From Octopus sinensis (Eukaryota), in the NCBI RefSeq assembly GCF_006345805.1, contig NC_043006.1:60450001-60514000 (forward strand): 64,000 bases of DNA, written 5' to 3'. Numbering within the stretch: the stretch's first letter is position 1; each line of letters opens with the position of its first letter. The notes under the pieces are model-generated. The model worked only from the letters and a program-made list of their open reading frames with translations, did no database searches and was not told the origin of the DNA. Made by a program: the position numbers and the translations under genes. Below, piece by piece: positions 1 through 13,076 of this stretch.

Positions 1-25
1 GCAAAAAAGAATCTCAATGGAAGGG

Positions 26-26
26 A

Positions 27-62
<36 letters not shown>

Positions 63-63
63 A

Positions 64-108
<45 letters not shown>

Positions 109-110
109 GT
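26..110. repeat. Compound (GAT)n/(AAT)n microsatellite
   Basis: Direct reading of the sequence. Confidence 0.95.
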
Positions 111-1025
111 AACAACGACCCCAACGAATGAAGGTGCGCAAGCGTGTGTGTGAGTGTATATGTGTGAATGTATATGTGAGAATGAATGAGTACGTATGTG
201 CCGGTGAGTGTGTGTATGTGTCTGGCTACCTTTTTGTGTGTGTTTGTGTGTGTGTGGCGAACGTATGTGTGTTTGTGTTTGTGTTTGTGGATAACCTGTG
301 TGTGCTGTGTGTAGCAGTTGATATGTGCTTGTTCAGGTAGTGTGATCATATGTGCATGTTTGTGTGTGACCAAATAGTGTGCATGTGTACAGTGGATGTT
401 TGTGAGCGAAATTTATCTTTGTATATGCGTGTTGCGTGTGTGTGTATATATTCTCTGTGTTCAGGTATTATGCGCTTGTGTGGTTGTGAGAGTGTGCATG
501 AAACTGCGTGACATGTGTACTGAGTTAAACAGTGTGTGTGGCTGCTTGTATAGTGGTATTTATGGTGACGCTATTAAATATTGTGTGTAGCTGTGTACAT
601 AACAGTGTGTGGTGTGAGTGCTGAGAAGTGTTCGGTGCTACTGTGTATGTGTCCGTGTGTAGTGGGAAGGTGTTTGTGGGAGTGTGTGTAATGGTGTGTG
701 AAGTGATTGATGAGTTGAACGGTGTGTATGGATGTTTGTGTAGTGGTGTGTTAGTGTGAGGGAACCAACGTAGGCGTTATACAGGTGTGTAGGTGGAGAG
801 AGTCAGTTGAATGTGGCAGGTGTAGAAGAATCCGTGCGCGGTTGGTGTCAGAGGAAGAGAGGTAGAGAATTGAGCCCGTATGGCGCAAAGAAATGAAGAG
901 AGAATGATAAATCCTGTTCACAGCGAAGGCGGGAGACCGTGTGGCGTCAGTGCAGAGACAGTCTAAACACAGACAGATGTTGTAGCGAACGACAGGTAGA
1001 CCGGAAGTGGCACGACACCAAGGGG

Positions 1026-1085
<60 letters not shown>

Positions 1086-1539
1086 TGCGTGTGTGCGTGC
1101 GTGTACGTGTGTGTGTATTGTACAGAACGAATGAAACAATACAAATTAAATACAATGTTTAGAAATAATGGAATAAATGAATATGGTTAAAAGAGAGAGA
1201 GAGAGAGTGAAAGAGAGAATTAATTTGTTTCAGCGATAGTACTCTAGTTACACCAAGCAAATAAATCACTGTATTACTCGCCGTGGAATGCGAGTTGTTA
1301 GTTTCAAATTATGTTCAGACAGACCCAATACCTCATTATCAACCAAACCATCTTTGAGTAGTTATTTTGTTGGGATTCGGTTGGTTTTGTTATGGATAAA
1401 ATACTACCACATTTTTCGATATGTCTAATTCTCTACTGTAACACCTACTAACTTCTTACCAGCAATAGTGGTGGTATTATCTTTTCAGAAGAAGTTTGGT
1501 AATTATCTGTATGACTCAGGGGAATCCTTTGATGCGCAT

Positions 1540-2240
1540 TGATGTTTTGTGCTGAATAAAGGAAGACTATCATATATATAAAAAAATTAAAACAAAAATA
1601 ATACGAAGAGAGGTTAGTAAGTATTATTTAGAAGAATAGCATATTGACTGATTTCAGGAATCCTGCTTGCCAGAAGTATTGTATAGGTATTGTGTTGAGA
1701 ACTGCGAAAGGAAAAGTGTTTGAACTTGTAGATTCTGACAGACAGAAAAGAAGCAGACAATCATTATAAAATACAAAACAAAATTTAAAAAAGAGTGAAA
1801 ATGGAATTCTTCTAGCGATAATTAGATATATATTAGGTATAGTTTTAGTTGGCAAGAATTTCAAAGACTCTGTAGGAAGTAGATACGACGTTGGAACACT
1901 TTCAATAAACTATTTTATTTAAATATCCAGTATAATGAATAGTACGTGCGACTGATAAACTTGTGACCTGCTTTTATAAGAAAATAGACCATGGAAACGA
2001 CAAAGCTGTCATAGCAAACCAGTAAAAAGACAGCGGTCACATCATATAAATTTTTTGGAAAATTATCAATAGCTAACATTGGCACATAGCTGCTAATTAA
2101 GGTAGAGACTCGGTTGATTAAATTAAGCATCGTATTTAACTGGTAATATTTTTAGTGATCCCCAAAACAAATTCTACAATCACGTACTTGGATTTAGAAG
2201 GTAAATAATCGTTGTATTATATGAAGTAAACAGACTGTAG
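1540..2240 (+). pseudogene. Possible highly decayed Penelope-like RT relic
   Basis: Manual translation gives scattered PLE-like fragments (NRPWKRQ, INFLENYQ*LT, TYLDLEGK*SLYYMK*TD, similar to FLDL..Y.KPTD) with many stops and frameshifts. Confidence 0.3.
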
Positions 2241-2453
2241 TTAAATTATTTAGAGCAATTTATGATTTGCAGATGCATGTACTAATAGAATTGTTATGAA
2301 TTAGTTATCTGAAATATGAAGTACACGTTATATTGGCATGGACACTAAACACTAACTGGGACACCCACTCTCTCTCTCACACACAAACCAATCCCACACG
2401 CACAAACACATGCAAATATATATATAAAAATATAGATATATACCTATATATAT

Positions 2454-2523
<70 letters not shown>

Positions 2524-2704
2524 AAAAAATGAAGTTCGAAAATGCTGCTGTATTATACAATTTTTAATTTTTATATATACATTATAACATGTTTCAGTTC
2601 CTGAAATGAACCTTATCAAAAAAAGTTATATATAAAAAGAGACAGCTCATGCCGTCAAACACAAGAAATTCATTTATAATACACAACGGAGTCAGACATC
2701 TTAG

Positions 2705-2774
2705 AGTTCATGTATAGTTGATATATAGTTCATGTATAGTTGATATATAGTTCATGTATAGTTGATATATAGTT
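2705..2774. repeat. 22-bp minisatellite AGTTCATGTATAGTTGATATAT x3
   Basis: Three exact tandem copies. Confidence 0.95.
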
Positions 2775-3020
2775 TGAAGTATATGTTCAAAGTGTTCGAT
2801 GCAGTGGCCACGGTGGCGATACGTATTCAATACAAAAAACAGATCAAAGTGGTGGAAAGCGGTCAATACAGAAGATTGATGTTTCCGAAAGAGCGAGGAA
2901 TTCATTTTTACCTTAAGCAATTGTGATGACCCATGGTGGAAGTTCGCTGGGTGGTTCTAGTGATTTTTTGTGAAATGCTTGGTTTTATAATGCCTGTTAG
3001 GTGGTCAATCTAGCGTAGCG

Positions 3021-3353
3021 TGACGTCATCAATGTTTTGACCAATCGTTTCGTTAGGTGGCTTTAATCAAGTGGAACGGGACGTCATCATTATTTTGACC
3101 AATCGCTGCATTATAACTCCCTCTTGTTTGTTTCCTGTCTTGACCAGTCGCTTCGTTAGTCAAGCATAGCGGGATGTCATCCAGATTCTGCCCAATCACG
3201 ACTTATAGCTACATTAGATCTGCCCCCTGTCTGTACTGTTGGGTGACTATTCAAGCAGAAAAGGACGTCATCAATATTCTGACTAATGACTGTCCCCTGT
3301 TTGTATCCTGTCCATTCTAGCAGAGCTAGACGTCATCAACTTGTTGACCAATC
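3021..3353. promoter_or_regulatory. Array of five CRE-like/CCAAT composite modules (GACGTCATC-N10-CCAATC)
   Basis: Modules start at 3022, 3080, 3173, 3264 and 3329; all have a 10-nt spacer; sequence between modules is divergent. Confidence 0.6.
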
Positions 3354-3420
3354 AGAATCGGGTCTGACCCTTAGCTGTATCGTATGTATCAGGGTCAGAT
3401 TTGCACGAAAGAATTTTTTC

Positions 3421-3490
<70 letters not shown>

Positions 3491-4199
3491 CATGTGTGTG
3501 TGTTTGTGTGAGTGTATGCATATATATATATATATATATATATACTTACATACGTACAAATATACATACATTCATACATACATACATATATACATGTATA
3601 CACTATTTTTGTTTTCGTAGAAAAACGTGATATATGCAATACACACGCGTGTTAAAAGTGCGTAGAATATGTTATTACCGTATGATAAATGTATTAATTC
3701 TTTGTTTAAACGACTTACGACAGGTACACGAAGCAGTTAGGTATAAAGAAACAATTAAAGATTACCTGTACAAAACTTTATACATTCACACACACATACG
3801 TGTACAAAGACAATTACACACATAGAAGCGTAATATATGTATATACATTTATGTAAGACGCGTAAGCGCACTCTTATTTCTTATAGTCTTCCGTATTTTT
3901 TTGTCGCAAATACAATAAAATACCACTTCTCTGATGTGTAGAGAGGCATTTTAATCCTTTCCGAGTTACTATAAGAGTTTTCTGAGTACTATAATAGTTT
4001 CATCGAATGTTAGTCACAGTTATACAAGCAACCATAACAAGTGAATTTCACATATCAGTCGAAGATGTAATTGCAAGAAACTTCAACTAAGTACCGATCT
4101 CCCACATAATTCTTCTAAAAATTACATTTCCTAATATATATGTAATATGTTAATATCTCAGCGATATGTTGACGTACTAATGTTAAGTAGACAGAGTTT

Positions 4200-4260
4200 G
4201 GTAAACGGGTTTATTTAGGTCTGACAGAACATAAGTTTTATAGCAGGTATTCACTACTAC
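4200..4260 (+). pseudogene. Short GIY-YIG-like relic (PLE endonuclease)
   Basis: Translates KRVYLGLTEHKFYSRY, comparable to KSYIGMTSNSFKTRW of the PLE at ~19430. Confidence 0.3.
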
Positions 4261-5457
4261 TTCTACTTCACAGCAGCTCCACAGACTTTGCTATGCTCCA
4301 GAAACATTTGTAGCCAAAGGTTGAATTTGAGAAACTATATTCTGCAGGTTTTAGTTTGTGCTGCTGCTGCGCCTTTGAAAAAGTTATAGTATTGAGGTAT
4401 CCGTTCACATTTTAGAAACAAGAAACAAACACTTCTCGAAATGTCGACATCAAAGTAAGTAGTTTATTCTCTCTACAGTTTGAATAAACAATTTGTCCAT
4501 AGGTGCAGTTTCTTTCAAATACGTCAAAGTCTTTTGAACCTTTTGCGAAGTGCTTTGAATATTCTTTGAGTGTGCAAGTTCCTTCTTTTGAACTAACATC
4601 TTTGAGTCACAAACTTCCAGAAAAAGAAGTGTTAATCGAAGGAACTTCGTATAAAAGCGGCTGTGAATTGATTTCAAATTTTCTTGTAATTAGAAAGAAC
4701 TAGAAAGAATAAGTTTTTGTCTATTGAATTTTAATATCGTTTTAATATTTTTAAGCATCAAAATACTCTTTTCGTTTACGCAGTTAAAATTTATCTTTCC
4801 CTATAATATATTCCCTCTACTTTCTTTCGTTTTCTTACGTTTTTGTATTTGTTTGGCTATGTATCTTCCATTTTTTTTTCCTTTTCATTTGTGTTGATTT
4901 CTTTTTGCTACGTATGCTTTCATAGATTTACCTCACTCCACATTTTTCTCTTCCCATCCATGGATATTAACTCAAGCCGGTTTTTATGCCTTTTTTCTTA
5001 TACTTTTATTTTCCCATCACTCTCTCCCCCTCTCTATCATTCTCTCTCTTTCTATCTCATCCCCATGCACACACATATACTTCCTTCTATATTTACTTCT
5101 AACATCAGGAAATCTAATACTCACTTAGATTATAATATAGAGAATCATGCCATACGCCATTTATTCTCTCTTTATCGTTGTCTCTTTTGTACTGTTTATT
5201 CTTTACTTTTTCTCAATTTTATTTCTGCTTAATTCTTTCCTTTCCTCTTTCATTTATTACTTTATATCTTATCTCTTGTCTCTTTTCCTTTCTTGCCTTT
5301 CTCGTTTCTTCGATATTATTAAAAAAATTATTTCTATTATATATATTCCTCATTTTTATATTCTTGCAATATATCTAGTTAGCCGTCACATTTTAAATGT
5401 TAAATTTTATATGATAAGATTTTGAATATGAAAATGTTAGTATTTATTTATCTAGTG

Positions 5458-5535
5458 CAGTGGTTGTCAACCTGTGCTCCACGGACCCCTGGTGGTCTGC
5501 AAAGTTAGTACTGGGGGTCCGTGAACTCTATTTTA
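5458..5535 (+). mobile_element. hAT (Charlie/Buster-like) terminal fragment
   Basis: Begins CAGTGGTTGTCAACCTG, resembling Charlie-type TIRs; preceded by ATCTAGTG, close to the NTCTAGAN target consensus. Other end not found. Confidence 0.45.
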
Positions 5536-5565
5536 AATTTCATATATATATATATATATATACTG

Positions 5566-5748
5566 CAGTTCTATATTTGAGAGATGAGGAATTATGTACA
5601 TTATTTACATTATTTACATTTGTCGGATATTTGCCCTCATCTTGTTTGTTGTTAACACAACATTTTCGCTGATATACTCTCCAGGCTTCATCAGGTGTCT
5701 TGGGGAAATTTCGAACCTGGGTTCCCATCCGTAAGGTATTTTTCGATG

Positions 5749-5788
<40 letters not shown>

Positions 5789-5790
5789 GG
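5566..5790 (-). mobile_element. PLE pseudo-LTR fragment with degenerate hammerhead ribozyme (5655-5698)
   Basis: Minus strand reads (AAT)n ... acac CTGATGA agcctggagagtatatcagc GAAA atg tt gtgt; shares segments with 27838-27908 and 28079-28140. Confidence 0.65.
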
Positions 5791-5952
5791 CATAGTGGTT
5801 TTTATGCAAAATTATGCTAATTATGCAAAAACAAACATTTATTTCATGCGACTATTAATTTTTAACAACAAATATAATCATAACGGACTTTATAATGAAC
5901 ATAATAATATGTTTGAATGGAAATATACAAGAAATATGACGACATAAAGTTC

Positions 5953-7058
5953 TTAATGATGGGTGTATGATCCTCCACATGAGAGAACGTCCTTGACACG
6001 TTTATCCATTGAATTAGTCAAGATAACCATTTCACCTGATGTAATACTGTCAGCAGCATCCACAATAGCTTCTCAGAGCGCATCCTTCGTTAAAAATTAC
6101 CGTCCATCTTGATATATCTTCCTCTTCCGAACACTCCATAGATTTTCAATCGGGATTAAGTCGTTTGAACAGGCTGGCCAATTCATCAAATGTTGTCTAG
6201 AGAAGCCTAATTACTGTGGGTATTCCAGAGACTTCTTAGCTGCCTGGGAGGGCGCATTATCTTGCATGAATATAGCGTTCTCTTTAACCATGGCTTCTTC
6301 AAACATGTCTCAAAATTGTCCTCGAAAAAGGCAACATAGATATTAGATTTCATCTTAATTCCGTCTGGAACTTTCCAAGAACCGACCAACTTGTCTCCAA
6401 TGATGCCAGCCCAAATCATGACAGTGCCTCCCCTTTGTTGGTGTCTCAAACGATGAGGACAATTTACTCTAATTGGAACCCATTCTTTACTCCACCCATC
6501 TGGTCTGTCTAGAGTAGCCCGGCATTTGTCAGTAAAGACGACTCTTGAAAAACTTAACTTCATGTAGGCTTCAGTCCATTTGATTCTATTTTGCTTATGA
6601 ACAGCCTTCAGAGGGGGCCTTGTAACAGGTTTTACGTTCTTGGTTACCTGCTTCAGGAGGCGATACCTAGTAGATTTCGAAATGTCTTCCCTACCACAAC
6701 GTTTAAACACTTCTCGATTAGTTAGACACGTATTCTTCATAACTTCACTCGTTATACGTGACAGGGTACGCCTGGAAATAGCCCTCGATTTACCCTTGTC
6801 AGCACTCCAAGCTCTGAGATGATGGTGGAATTCTCATTTGATGTTAAATCACGTTTTTGGCCCATAATAACACTTTTAGTGGGCACTTGTTTCACGAAAA
6901 TGGCCGCCGTTTGTTTACACCTGCGCGGATCCAATTTACTACAGTATGCACAGGCAGATGTTGCCATCATTCAGTGAAAACATATATGGATTCGAACGAA
7001 TAAATACTCTGTTATTTTAAAAACAAAATAGAGATGCCTAATAATTTGATACGTACTG
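5953..7058 (-). mobile_element. Tc1-like DD37E (TRT-type) transposon relic; transposase pseudogene ~6865->5953
   Basis: Fragments MGQKRDLTS, VFTDKCRATLDRPDGW, VMIWAGII, FMQDNAPS...IPIENLW with 37 codons between D and E. TIR-like CAGTACGTATCAAATTATTAGGCA at 7058 next to TA; the other TIR was not found. Confidence 0.85.
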
Positions 7059-10029
7059 TATATAAATTGGGTTTTTGGCAATATTGGTAACGCGAAACTA
7101 GAGGAGAAGACAAAGTACAGACTTGGATTCAAAATGTAGGTGCTGTTTTACAAACACGCACACACAATACACACTGACACAGACACAGACACAGACACAC
7201 ATACACATACAGATACAAACATACAGAAACACACACATACAAGCACTCACATAAACCCCCTTTCACACAAAATAATTAATTGTACTGATTCTGTCAATTA
7301 ATATAAATTAGGGAGCACATTATATGAACTTTCTTGTATAAAATAAACAGAAAATTCAACGCAGCAAAGTGATCTGTTTCGTTTTATGAGATTGTGAAAG
7401 AAGGGTAATTTCAGTTTCAGAAAGTTTAAATTGGGATGAGATATTTGGATTTTCTGCTGTTAGGAAATACATTGGAAGCTCTACACTACAGAAGAAGAGT
7501 CCAGATTGTGGCCTGGACGTAAGCCAATGAAGGACAGACAAGCCCAATTTTTTGCAGCTATCTCCTAATATAATAATGAGTGTAGTGTTTTTATATATTT
7601 GTATATACATATATTAGTCCAGAATCACGCCAGACGTGGAGGAGGAGACAAAATAGTAATTCAGTAAAGGAGAAGTAGTGAGAGTACTAGCCCTGACTGA
7701 GAGGGAGTGAGAGAAAGTAATAGCAATGAGAGAAAGGAAGGGGTGATATATGTAAATGGAAGGAATGGGTGAAAAAAAATCAGCGTTTCCACTCTGTATG
7801 ATTATATATGTGTGTACAAGGGAAGAATGTGAACGTTTGTATGTGTGATTTTCATGTACCTTATTTTGTATCTTATTTATATATAAAATACTACAATTAG
7901 GCGTCATTATTAACGGCAAGTATTTTAGAATATTTGAAAGTGCAGTCAATCCTCATGTATCATTCAAAAACCAAGGTGTTTCGAGATCATTAATAACAGG
8001 CAGTTTTAGTGATTTTCCCGCCTACTATTACACGAATGTATTTGTTGTAAGAATCACTAAGCGGTTTGCCCTCACTCTATGTGTCTACTTTAAATAGAAC
8101 AGCTTTTCAATGGCGTTTTTTTTTTGCATCATGTTCTTTCTTCACTGGACTTTGAAATGCTTGAGACAGAGCCTGAAGCTGGGGACAGGTTATGCTTGGT
8201 AAACTCTACGGACTCTGAGATGAACTAGGAAGACATAAATGAATATTTTGAGAATATTTGAGTAGAACTGTCCATGGGCGATACGGCCTGAGATTCTGTG
8301 AGAGTCTCAAGGAGACTGAAGGCTCGTGAAGAGAACCAAAATAAAGAAGCGTATTACGAGAAAAGTTGAAGAAGATTTCTTTGTTTCTGGCTTCCTCTCA
8401 CAAATATTGTGCGAAACTAACACCCTAGCTTTGGGGTTGTTCTGATACAGTGTTGTCAAGCATTTCAGCTGGCAACAGAATAGATTGTGAATATGTATGA
8501 ATTTATGTACGCGTGCAGGTATATACATGCGCACACACGACAGACAGACAGACACACACACACACACATACACACACACACACTCACACTCACACGCACA
8601 CTTTGAATCCGTTACTTGTTTCAGTCACTGGACTGTAGCCATACTCCAGCATCACATTGAAGGTGAATCGATCCAATATATATACATGTAGGTGTGTATG
8701 TGCGTGTGTGTGTGTGTGTGTCTGTGTGTGTATATCTATGCAGCGAAAACTATAAACTCAGAAACAGTAGTTAACTCACACTATAATTCCAGCCCTTCCT
8801 AACACCATATTGTAAACTAGTCTGACAATAACTCATCTCTCACATTGACTCACTCTCAGTCTCTCTCTCCCTCTCTTTCTGTCTCTCCCTACCACTTTCC
8901 CTCACAAGTAACACCGTGCTCCCTACATGTGCCATTCATTTCTATAATATCTACTTACCTTTTCAGTTTTTAACTTATCCACTTTACTCTCCCTTCCATC
9001 AATCATTACAATATTTTATAACTTTATCAAAATTCCTTTGTTCAAACTTAATTTTTATTTCATTCATTCACATTTTCAAGGTTTACTGAACTTCTTGATT
9101 TTTCCGCATTACTCTAATGTTCCGAATGTGATTAATGATCTTCATAAATTTAAATCAAACACCACTCTATTACTCCAATTATGAAAATGTCAGAATTCTA
9201 TCTGTGTCTGTAACATACTTCGGTATTAGAAACTGCACATCCATTATTGTACCCACTTCAGGATCAAGCAAGACAGAACAGATAATTACATCTGAAGCCA
9301 TCACAACGAGATTGAAGAATAATGAGCAATTTGATGGAAGTAACAAACTTTAATCTTGTCTTGCAACGATAAATGAATTAACTAATGATCCTTTAAAACT
9401 CAATTTAAGACCTAATATCTGAAAATTTAATGCCATCTTGTGTATTATCCAAACACCGCTTATAATATAATTCTCTCGCGTTCTTTGTTTTAATTTCTCA
9501 TTATTGGCATTCAGAATTAAGTTAATTAAGGGTGCATTTCAAACCAAGTTGCAACTAATCTGCTTCACAGAACACTCTACGTCTAAAAGCGAAAAGAGAC
9601 AGATTATAATGTTGTCATAGGCACACAATGTACTAAAATCATCAAGAGCGACATGGTTGGAAGATCTTTGGTCCAAGGAGTTCCCAGTGATGGCTGATGA
9701 GTGGTTAAACAACAGTAGTTACACATATTACAACGACATTCACATTTTGGACACTTCATAAGAATTTTAAATAGAATTTAACAGCATTTGTAGTGACTAC
9801 TGGACGGAAGAAAGGTTAAACTGAAGTCCCTGCTAGAAATAGCAGCCAAATCATACTCAAATCACATCTAACTACTCTATAAAAGGACACACTGGATAAT
9901 ATAATTCGGCCTAAAATGCGCCTAAAATATATCTATAAAATTACTAATTTGGACTAATGTGCAATGCTTTTGATTAAAGATTTACGCAGTAAGAGACAAC
10001 TTCGGAGATTACAAACAACAGACAAAAGA

Positions 10030-10170
10030 TTGGGCAGAATCGTTAGCATGTCGAATAAAATCCAACATTTCGCCCGTCTTTACTTTCTGAGTTCAAATTC
10101 TGCCGAGGTCGACTTCACCTTCCATCCTTCTGGGTTCGATAAAATGAGTAACAGCTGATCACTGGAGCTG
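10030..10170 (+). mobile_element. tRNA-derived SINE family A, degenerate
   Basis: TGGGCAGAATCGTTAG (A box) and GAGTTCAAATTC (B box); homologous to 13610-14196 and 60470-60886. Confidence 0.7.
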
Positions 10171-10804
10171 ATGTAATCGAAATTGCCAAATTTTAAATCA
10201 ATATTAGAATGACAAATTCTACTTTAAATTACTTAATCATTTAGAATTACCTGAGAGAGCATGATCGTTGTGCTCTGGATAGAAATATATTCGGGTGAAA
10301 TTATCCACTTCATGCTAATCACTCACAAAAGGATTTTGAATTAAATGGAATGATAAAAGAGAGATAAACAGTGAATTAACCTCCATGAATAATTCACAAA
10401 AATGTGATAGATTTTTCACACTAAATTTATCCATTAAGATATATATCACAGAAAATGTGCAACTAGTTTATGTGATTAGTCTTCTCATATGTAATATATT
10501 AGTCGAAGCTTTGATTACAAAGCTGTAATAATTTTAGTTCAGGCAATCGGAAATACAGTTTCATTAATGTCGAAATCTGTTGGCTTTGGCACCATTATTG
10601 TATTTTAATTGGTATTTCACAAGTGCTGAGGAGAAGTGATATGTAGAGTTAAGGATCCTAGAAAACTGGCAGCAGTAAAAATAGTCGAAGAGAAGCAGCT
10701 GGAGAGGTGACTGGCATTAACGTTTGATTTACTTCTCGCATAAATAATGTACGCACACACTCACACACTCACACATTCACACACACGTACAAATACGCTC
10801 ACGC

Positions 10805-10846
<42 letters not shown>

Positions 10847-10997
10847 CATATGACGTATATACATATAAGTATTTATACTTATACTCATATGCATATATGT
10901 ATGTCTATATATATGTATGTATTTATGCATGTATGCTAGGAGCATGCACCTAGCGAGGTGCCTCAATTTAAGTACCTAATTCAAATGAACTTAATTG

Positions 10998-11035
<38 letters not shown>

Positions 11036-11038
11036 GTA

Positions 11039-12102
11039 TCAGGTCATCCCATAAGTTCTGTACGAATTTTGAATAAAGAAAACAAGTGATCAAATGTGAT
11101 ATTTAATTGAAATTTAATCATCAATGTATAACACTTTCCCTGATTACCTATGACTTCCTTCCATCTATTTACAAGTTTTTTAATCCCAACAACGTAAAAC
11201 TCTTTTGGTTCCAAAGCGAAAAACTCTGAAATATCAGTTTCGACCTCCCACTGCCTTGCGAAATTTATGTCCCCCAAATGATTCTGTAAAATGGTAGTCT
11301 AAAGGAGCAAGGTCGGGAGAATAAGGTGGATGAGGAATTTTTTCCCAACGAAGCTCTTCGATCTTCTGTGATGTGATCTTTGCAGTCTGAAGTCGCGCAT
11401 TGTCCCGATGAAACATCACTCCTTTTCGATTCACTAAAGTGGTTCTTTTTTTCTTTAAAGCTTGGTTCAAACGCTCTAATTGCTGACAGTAGACTTGAGT
11501 ATTGATTGTTGCATAAGGTGGTAACAATTCAAAGTGAATTATTCCTTTGCAATCCCACCAGATAGAGAAAAGGAGCTTTTTCCCATGAAGTTCCATTCTT
11601 GGTTGTGGTTAAGCTTTTTCCCTTTTACCAAACCACTGTTTTCGACGTTTAACATTTCGATAAAAGATCCATTTTTCGTCACCAGTCACAAGTCTATCCA
11701 AAAAGGATGGAATGAGTTCGCAAGAATAGAGAGAAGAGCAGATGTCAACTCGGGATTTGCGTTGATTTCGGGCAATTCATGCGGCACCCGTTTTCCAAGT
11801 TTAGGAACTGTTGTATCGTTTGGACTAAGCGTTATTGCCAATTCTTCAACTGATAATGCAGGATTTTCTTCAAGTAATGCCTCAAGGAGCTTATCATCAA
11901 ACACAACTAGACGTCCTGTTTGATCTTCATCTTCAAGGCTGAAATCTCCACTTCTGAATTTTGCAAACCATCTTCTGCAAGTTTTTTTCATTCAAGCATT
12001 CTTTCCCATAAACTGAGTGTATGTTTCGAGTCGCTTCAGCTGCAGAGTTTCCTTTTTTGTACTCATAAAGCATTATGTGCCTTAAATGTTCTTTGGTCTC
12101 AA
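11039..12102 (-). mobile_element. Mariner (DD34D) transposon relic, one end interrupted by a SINE
   Basis: ORFs 11686-11991, 11234-11596 and 11044-11277 give TCRRWFAKF, RVPHEL, DNAR...YSPDLAPLDY (34 residues between the Ds); TIR-like end after TA at 11039. Confidence 0.93.
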
Positions 12103-12103
12103 T

Positions 12104-12228
12104 AGAGACCGATAGAATAAGTACTAGGCTTACAACGAATAAGTCCTGGGGTCGATTTGCTCGACTAAAGTCGGTGGTCCAGCATGACCGCAGTCAGATG
12201 CCTGAAGCAAATAAAATAATGAAAGAAT
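12104..12228 (+). mobile_element. SINE family B, 3' part
   Basis: GACCGATAGAATAAGTACTAGGCTTAC...CCAGCATGACCGCAGTC matches the full copy at 38978-39362. Confidence 0.85.
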
Positions 12229-12261
12229 ACGCACACGCATCCTTATACATACGTATATACT

Positions 12262-12316
<55 letters not shown>

Positions 12317-12467
12317 CATATACATATACAGAGAGGGAGAGAGGGAGCGAGGGAGAAGAAGGGAAAGAGAGCGAGAGAAAACGCGTATGTATGTTGGTCT
12401 TCGTTTAAGAAGATTGTTTCCCAACCAAGTGATCTTGGGTTCTCTGCCTCTGTATGCCACCTTATGT

Positions 12468-12967
12468 GTAAATTATGTCCCCCAATGATTCTGTAAATAG
12501 TAGTTACGTCCCCCAAATGAACAGGCGAGGATCGGAAGGGATTCTCTCGACCCAGGAACATCCTGAACATAGAACGGCCTTTCGCACCGTGCTTGCGCTT
12601 CAAGAAATTCCTGCTAGCCTATGCTCACAAATACCAGGGCCAACGTCTATCGACTTCTAAAGGAACACAACTCCTTTGTTGACATCAGCAATCGATGCCA
12701 AGGAAGATAATCCCCTTTGTTGACATTGAATAGGGGCTCCTTCCTCGTCCATATTCTGAGGGGCCACTCTCCCTAGAGACCTTTAAGCCAGCAGTGTTTT
12801 TTAGTTTGATTCATGCCAAAAGCCACACCTTTTATGGATGTGAAACCTAAGGTAATCCCATAATCCGGCCTTATCTAATTTATTATATCTATATATATAT
12901 ATATATATATATATATGAATGTAATATATATATAAATACATACAACATACATACACACACACACACT

Positions 12968-13014
<47 letters not shown>

Positions 13015-13076
13015 TAATTTTTATATAGAAGGAGCTTCTACAGGACTAGAACTGTTTCATTCAGAGAAATCTTCAG
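12468..13076 (-). mobile_element. ~610-bp insertion headed by a 5'-truncated HHR, direct duplicate of ~15290-15935, with candidate TSD
   Basis: Flanked by GTATGCCACCT at 12452-12462 and 13076-13086; HHR core to 3' stem-I strand at 13033-13076 on minus. Confidence 0.7.

Noticed and set aside
760-1024. GC-richer island with a CCGGAAGT (ETS-like) motif between microsatellites
   Set aside because: A single short motif with no assignable family or ORF; insufficient support.
4440-4703. Possible host exon(s): AAA|GTAAGT donor at ~4455 and a 66-aa ORF
   Set aside because: No recognisable protein similarity and no consistent partner exons; such splice-like motifs arise by chance in AT-rich DNA.
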